Assembly: GCA_963719515.1 (NCBI GenBank)
Contig: CAVRCJ010000003.1
Span: 352,001-416,000, forward strand
Direction of reading: 5' to 3'
Length of the DNA stretch: 64,000 nt
Origin: an uncultured cyanobacterium
GTDB lineage: Bacteria > Cyanobacteriota > Cyanobacteriia > CAKZMO01
The notes below the pieces were generated by a model, which ran no database searches, had not been told where the DNA came from, and saw only the letters and a list, made by a program, of their open reading frames with translations. Made by a program: the position numbers and the translations under genes. Positions 61,879 to 64,000 of the stretch are shown piece by piece. Within the stretch, counting starts at the first letter, position 1; each line of letters starts with the position of its first letter.

Positions 61879-61982
61879 ATCGCGAATTACTGTAGGTGTA
61901 CTTGACGTTTCTGTGTCTTTGAATAGCGATGTCGATAAGGCTATATACCCAAGTGCCTGTGGCGCTCAGGGTAGGGACTTAT

Positions 61983-63989
61983 CTAGGGCAAAATGTCGAA
62001 GTCGCTTCTGATACGAAATCCTGCCACTGTCTCGCTGAAGTCATCTCGCTGCTGGAGGGTAAAACCCACGCGGAAGTTACGCCGAATCGGAAAATCGTAA
62101 AACAGCTCTAGGGCGTCGGCATTGTCGAGTTCCTCGCCGTCGCCACCCTGCAGGTTTTGACCATAGGCCAGTCCCAGGCGATCGCGGTCGGTAAACACGT
62201 CGAGGAAGTTGATGCCGCCGCTGACGGTATCGGCGTCGAAGTCGGCGTCTCGGTTGCTGTAGTGGCCGTAGCGGGCAAACAAACCCAAGTTAGCCTCAGG
62301 GATGAAGTATTCGGCGTTGAGGCCAAACGCCTCTTCGCGATCGCCCTCTTCAACCCCAAATCCACCGTTTCCCCGGTCGAGGCTGAAAATGTCGGCGGGA
62401 CCATCATCGGCCCCAGCATCCCGCCCGTTGACGTAGGTGCCCCGAATGATGGCGTTGCCCACCCGAACTCCTAGCTCAGCGGCTACCGCATCCAGCTCAA
62501 ACTCGCTGATGCTGCGGTCGGATGAAAATCCACTCACCGCCAGCCGGACGTCGTCAGTAGCGGCCCAGTTGGCAACAATTCCCTGTCGAGACCCGATGCC
62601 GCTGGTCGCCAGCGCTGGGTTGGTCTGGAAGATGGGGTTGAAGAAATGGGTGACCGCGTCTTTCGCAAAGCTGTTGCGATCGAAGTAGGAGGTGAGGTCA
62701 ATTTGCCCCAGGGTGAACCGCAGATTGGGAATGCTGGGCGGCGCTACGGTAACGTAAAGCTCGTTGATGTTGACGCCTTCTAGCTCAGAGTCAATGAAGG
62801 CATCCCCCTCTGTCAGGTCAAGAGAGCCCCCCACTAGCAGATAGGAGGTGATGGGATAGATGGCGGTGAGTCGGCCTCGGGCAGACAGGTCGTCATCCTG
62901 ATAGAGGAAGGCCGCCTGAAACTTAACGATTGGGTCCGTAAGCGCTCGGTTAGGATTGGCCAAGTCAGCCGATTGCACTGAGGCTGGGGTGGTCTCAAGA
63001 GCCTGAGCTACAGCGCTGGAGGACTGGGCGATCAAGGGCTGGGTCGGGGACTGGGCGAGAGGCTCAGCGACAGGCTGGGCAGCAGAGAGCTGGGCAGCAA
63101 GAGGCTCGACGGACCTAGCGGCAGGCGTCGCCGGCGGGGCGATCGCAACCTCGGTTGACGGCACCGTCTCAATAACTTCAATGCCTGCTAGCTCGGGCCG
63201 TCTCGGTGGGGTGGCCTGCAGATAGGTAAAGCTATCGGCAGCGTCAAAAGCGGGCAGCGGGGCCTGGGGCGCAGCGGCGATAGGACTCGAGTCCGGCTCC
63301 ACGGTCGGCGTGGGTTCCGCAATCGTGATCACCGGCATCAGCGGCGGCGTTGTGATGGCTTGATAGGTCGGCGTACGCAGGCTATCGTCGCCCTTGGCCT
63401 CCTCACCGCCAGTCACAACCGCGCCACCGACGGAACGGGGCAGGTCGAGACCGGCCGCCATCTGAGACGGGTACCCACTGCCCTGTACTGCCGCCGAGCG
63501 ACCGATAGGAGGGGTGAGCTGGGGCGCTGTGTGGAAGCTAATGGAAGGAGAGTGGAGCACAAATGGAGCCGCAGGATCGAAGGGCTGAGCCTCTAATTCT
63601 GGGGTAAAACTATGGTTCTCAGTGCCCAGCTCTTCTCCTCTAAGATAGGCCAAGCTCGGAACGAATTCAGCTGGGGGAAGAGCCAACGCGGCATGGGGGG
63701 CCATTGCGCCGAGGGCACCCCCAGACGCCTCCTCAATCGACGGGGAGACCAATTCAGCCGCCCTGTTAGAATCCGTGCCGGGAACATAGGCGCTAAAGGG
63801 GTCCGAAGCGGCCATCTCAGTCGGGAGGGTCGCCTCATCGAGCGCAGCCCCATCCTGACTGAGGTGATAGTCGCCATTGGGATGAACTGGGCCGGCCTGC
63901 GCGGGCTCCTGGGCTAAGGCAGTAAAAAGTCCTAATCCTATACAGGTTAGATAAGTGATTGAATCACTGGCGTTCGAGGGGCTAGACAT
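61983..63989 (-). CDS. Probable outer-membrane carbohydrate porin with long disordered N-terminus
   Basis: Signal peptide, ~330-aa Pro/Ala-rich region, then amphipathic beta-strand domain (GQIDLTSYFDRNSFA, LFARYG, LELFYDF). Confidence 0.75.
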   Translation of the reverse strand: MSSPSNASDSITYLTCIGLGLFTALAQEPAQAGPVHPNGDYHLSQDGAALDEATLPTEMAASDPFSAYVPGTDSNRAAELVSPSIEEASGGALGAMAPHAALALPPAEFVPSLAYLRGEELGTENHSFTPELEAQPFDPAAPFVLHSPSISFHTAPQLTPPIGRSAAVQGSGYPSQMAAGLDLPRSVGGAVVTGGEEAKGDDSLRTPTYQAITTPPLMPVITIAEPTPTVEPDSSPIAAAPQAPLPAFDAADSFTYLQATPPRRPELAGIEVIETVPSTEVAIAPPATPAARSVEPLAAQLSAAQPVAEPLAQSPTQPLIAQSSSAVAQALETTPASVQSADLANPNRALTDPIVKFQAAFLYQDDDLSARGRLTAIYPITSYLLVGGSLDLTEGDAFIDSELEGVNINELYVTVAPPSIPNLRFTLGQIDLTSYFDRNSFAKDAVTHFFNPIFQTNPALATSGIGSRQGIVANWAATDDVRLAVSGFSSDRSISEFELDAVAAELGVRVGNAIIRGTYVNGRDAGADDGPADIFSLDRGNGGFGVEEGDREEAFGLNAEYFIPEANLGLFARYGHYSNRDADFDADTVSGGINFLDVFTDRDRLGLAYGQNLQGGDGEELDNADALELFYDFPIRRNFRVGFTLQQRDDFSETVAGFRIRSDFDILP

Positions 63990-64000
63990 CAGGTTTACTT

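Noticed and set aside
1..64000. Abundant GCGATCGC palindromes as a novel repeat system
   Set aside because: This is the well-known cyanobacterial HIP1 octamer.

Overview
Chromosomal segment of a GC-rich cyanobacterium (dense HIP1 GCGATCGC octamers; ldpA, Ycf45 and Tab2 genes; Leptolyngbya/Nodosilinea-like by inference). Left to right: (1) a tail-anchored di-globin gene divergent from a resB/ccsA-like heme-translocase pair and a Tat-lipoprotein Rieske gene, with no c-type cytochrome nearby; (2) housekeeping genes (mutL, ATL, pgi, mraY, ldpA, ycf45, dxr, anmK, invertase, Tab2, pmbA, map, rpmF) with a tnpB-only IS200/IS605 element whose RuvC-II Glu is replaced by a short hairpin insertion; (3) a decayed accessory patch (28.8-35.9 kb) holding a transposase remnant, two miniature IS200/IS605 derivatives, a DUF5674-type gene pair and three glycosyltransferases; (4) a complete Nit1C (sll0783-0787/MSMEG_0565-0572) nitrilase-radical SAM cluster plus an adjacent TetR/OsmC/acyl-CoA dehydrogenase/orphan binding-protein operon, with NtcA-type boxes; (5) a bcsA-bcsB-bcsZ-TPR-porin cellulose-type secretion operon. 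Several otherwise intact genes carry single-base frameshifts, most likely sequencing indels. No rRNA, tRNA or CRISPR array was seen. All assignments come from motif recognition by eye, not database searches.
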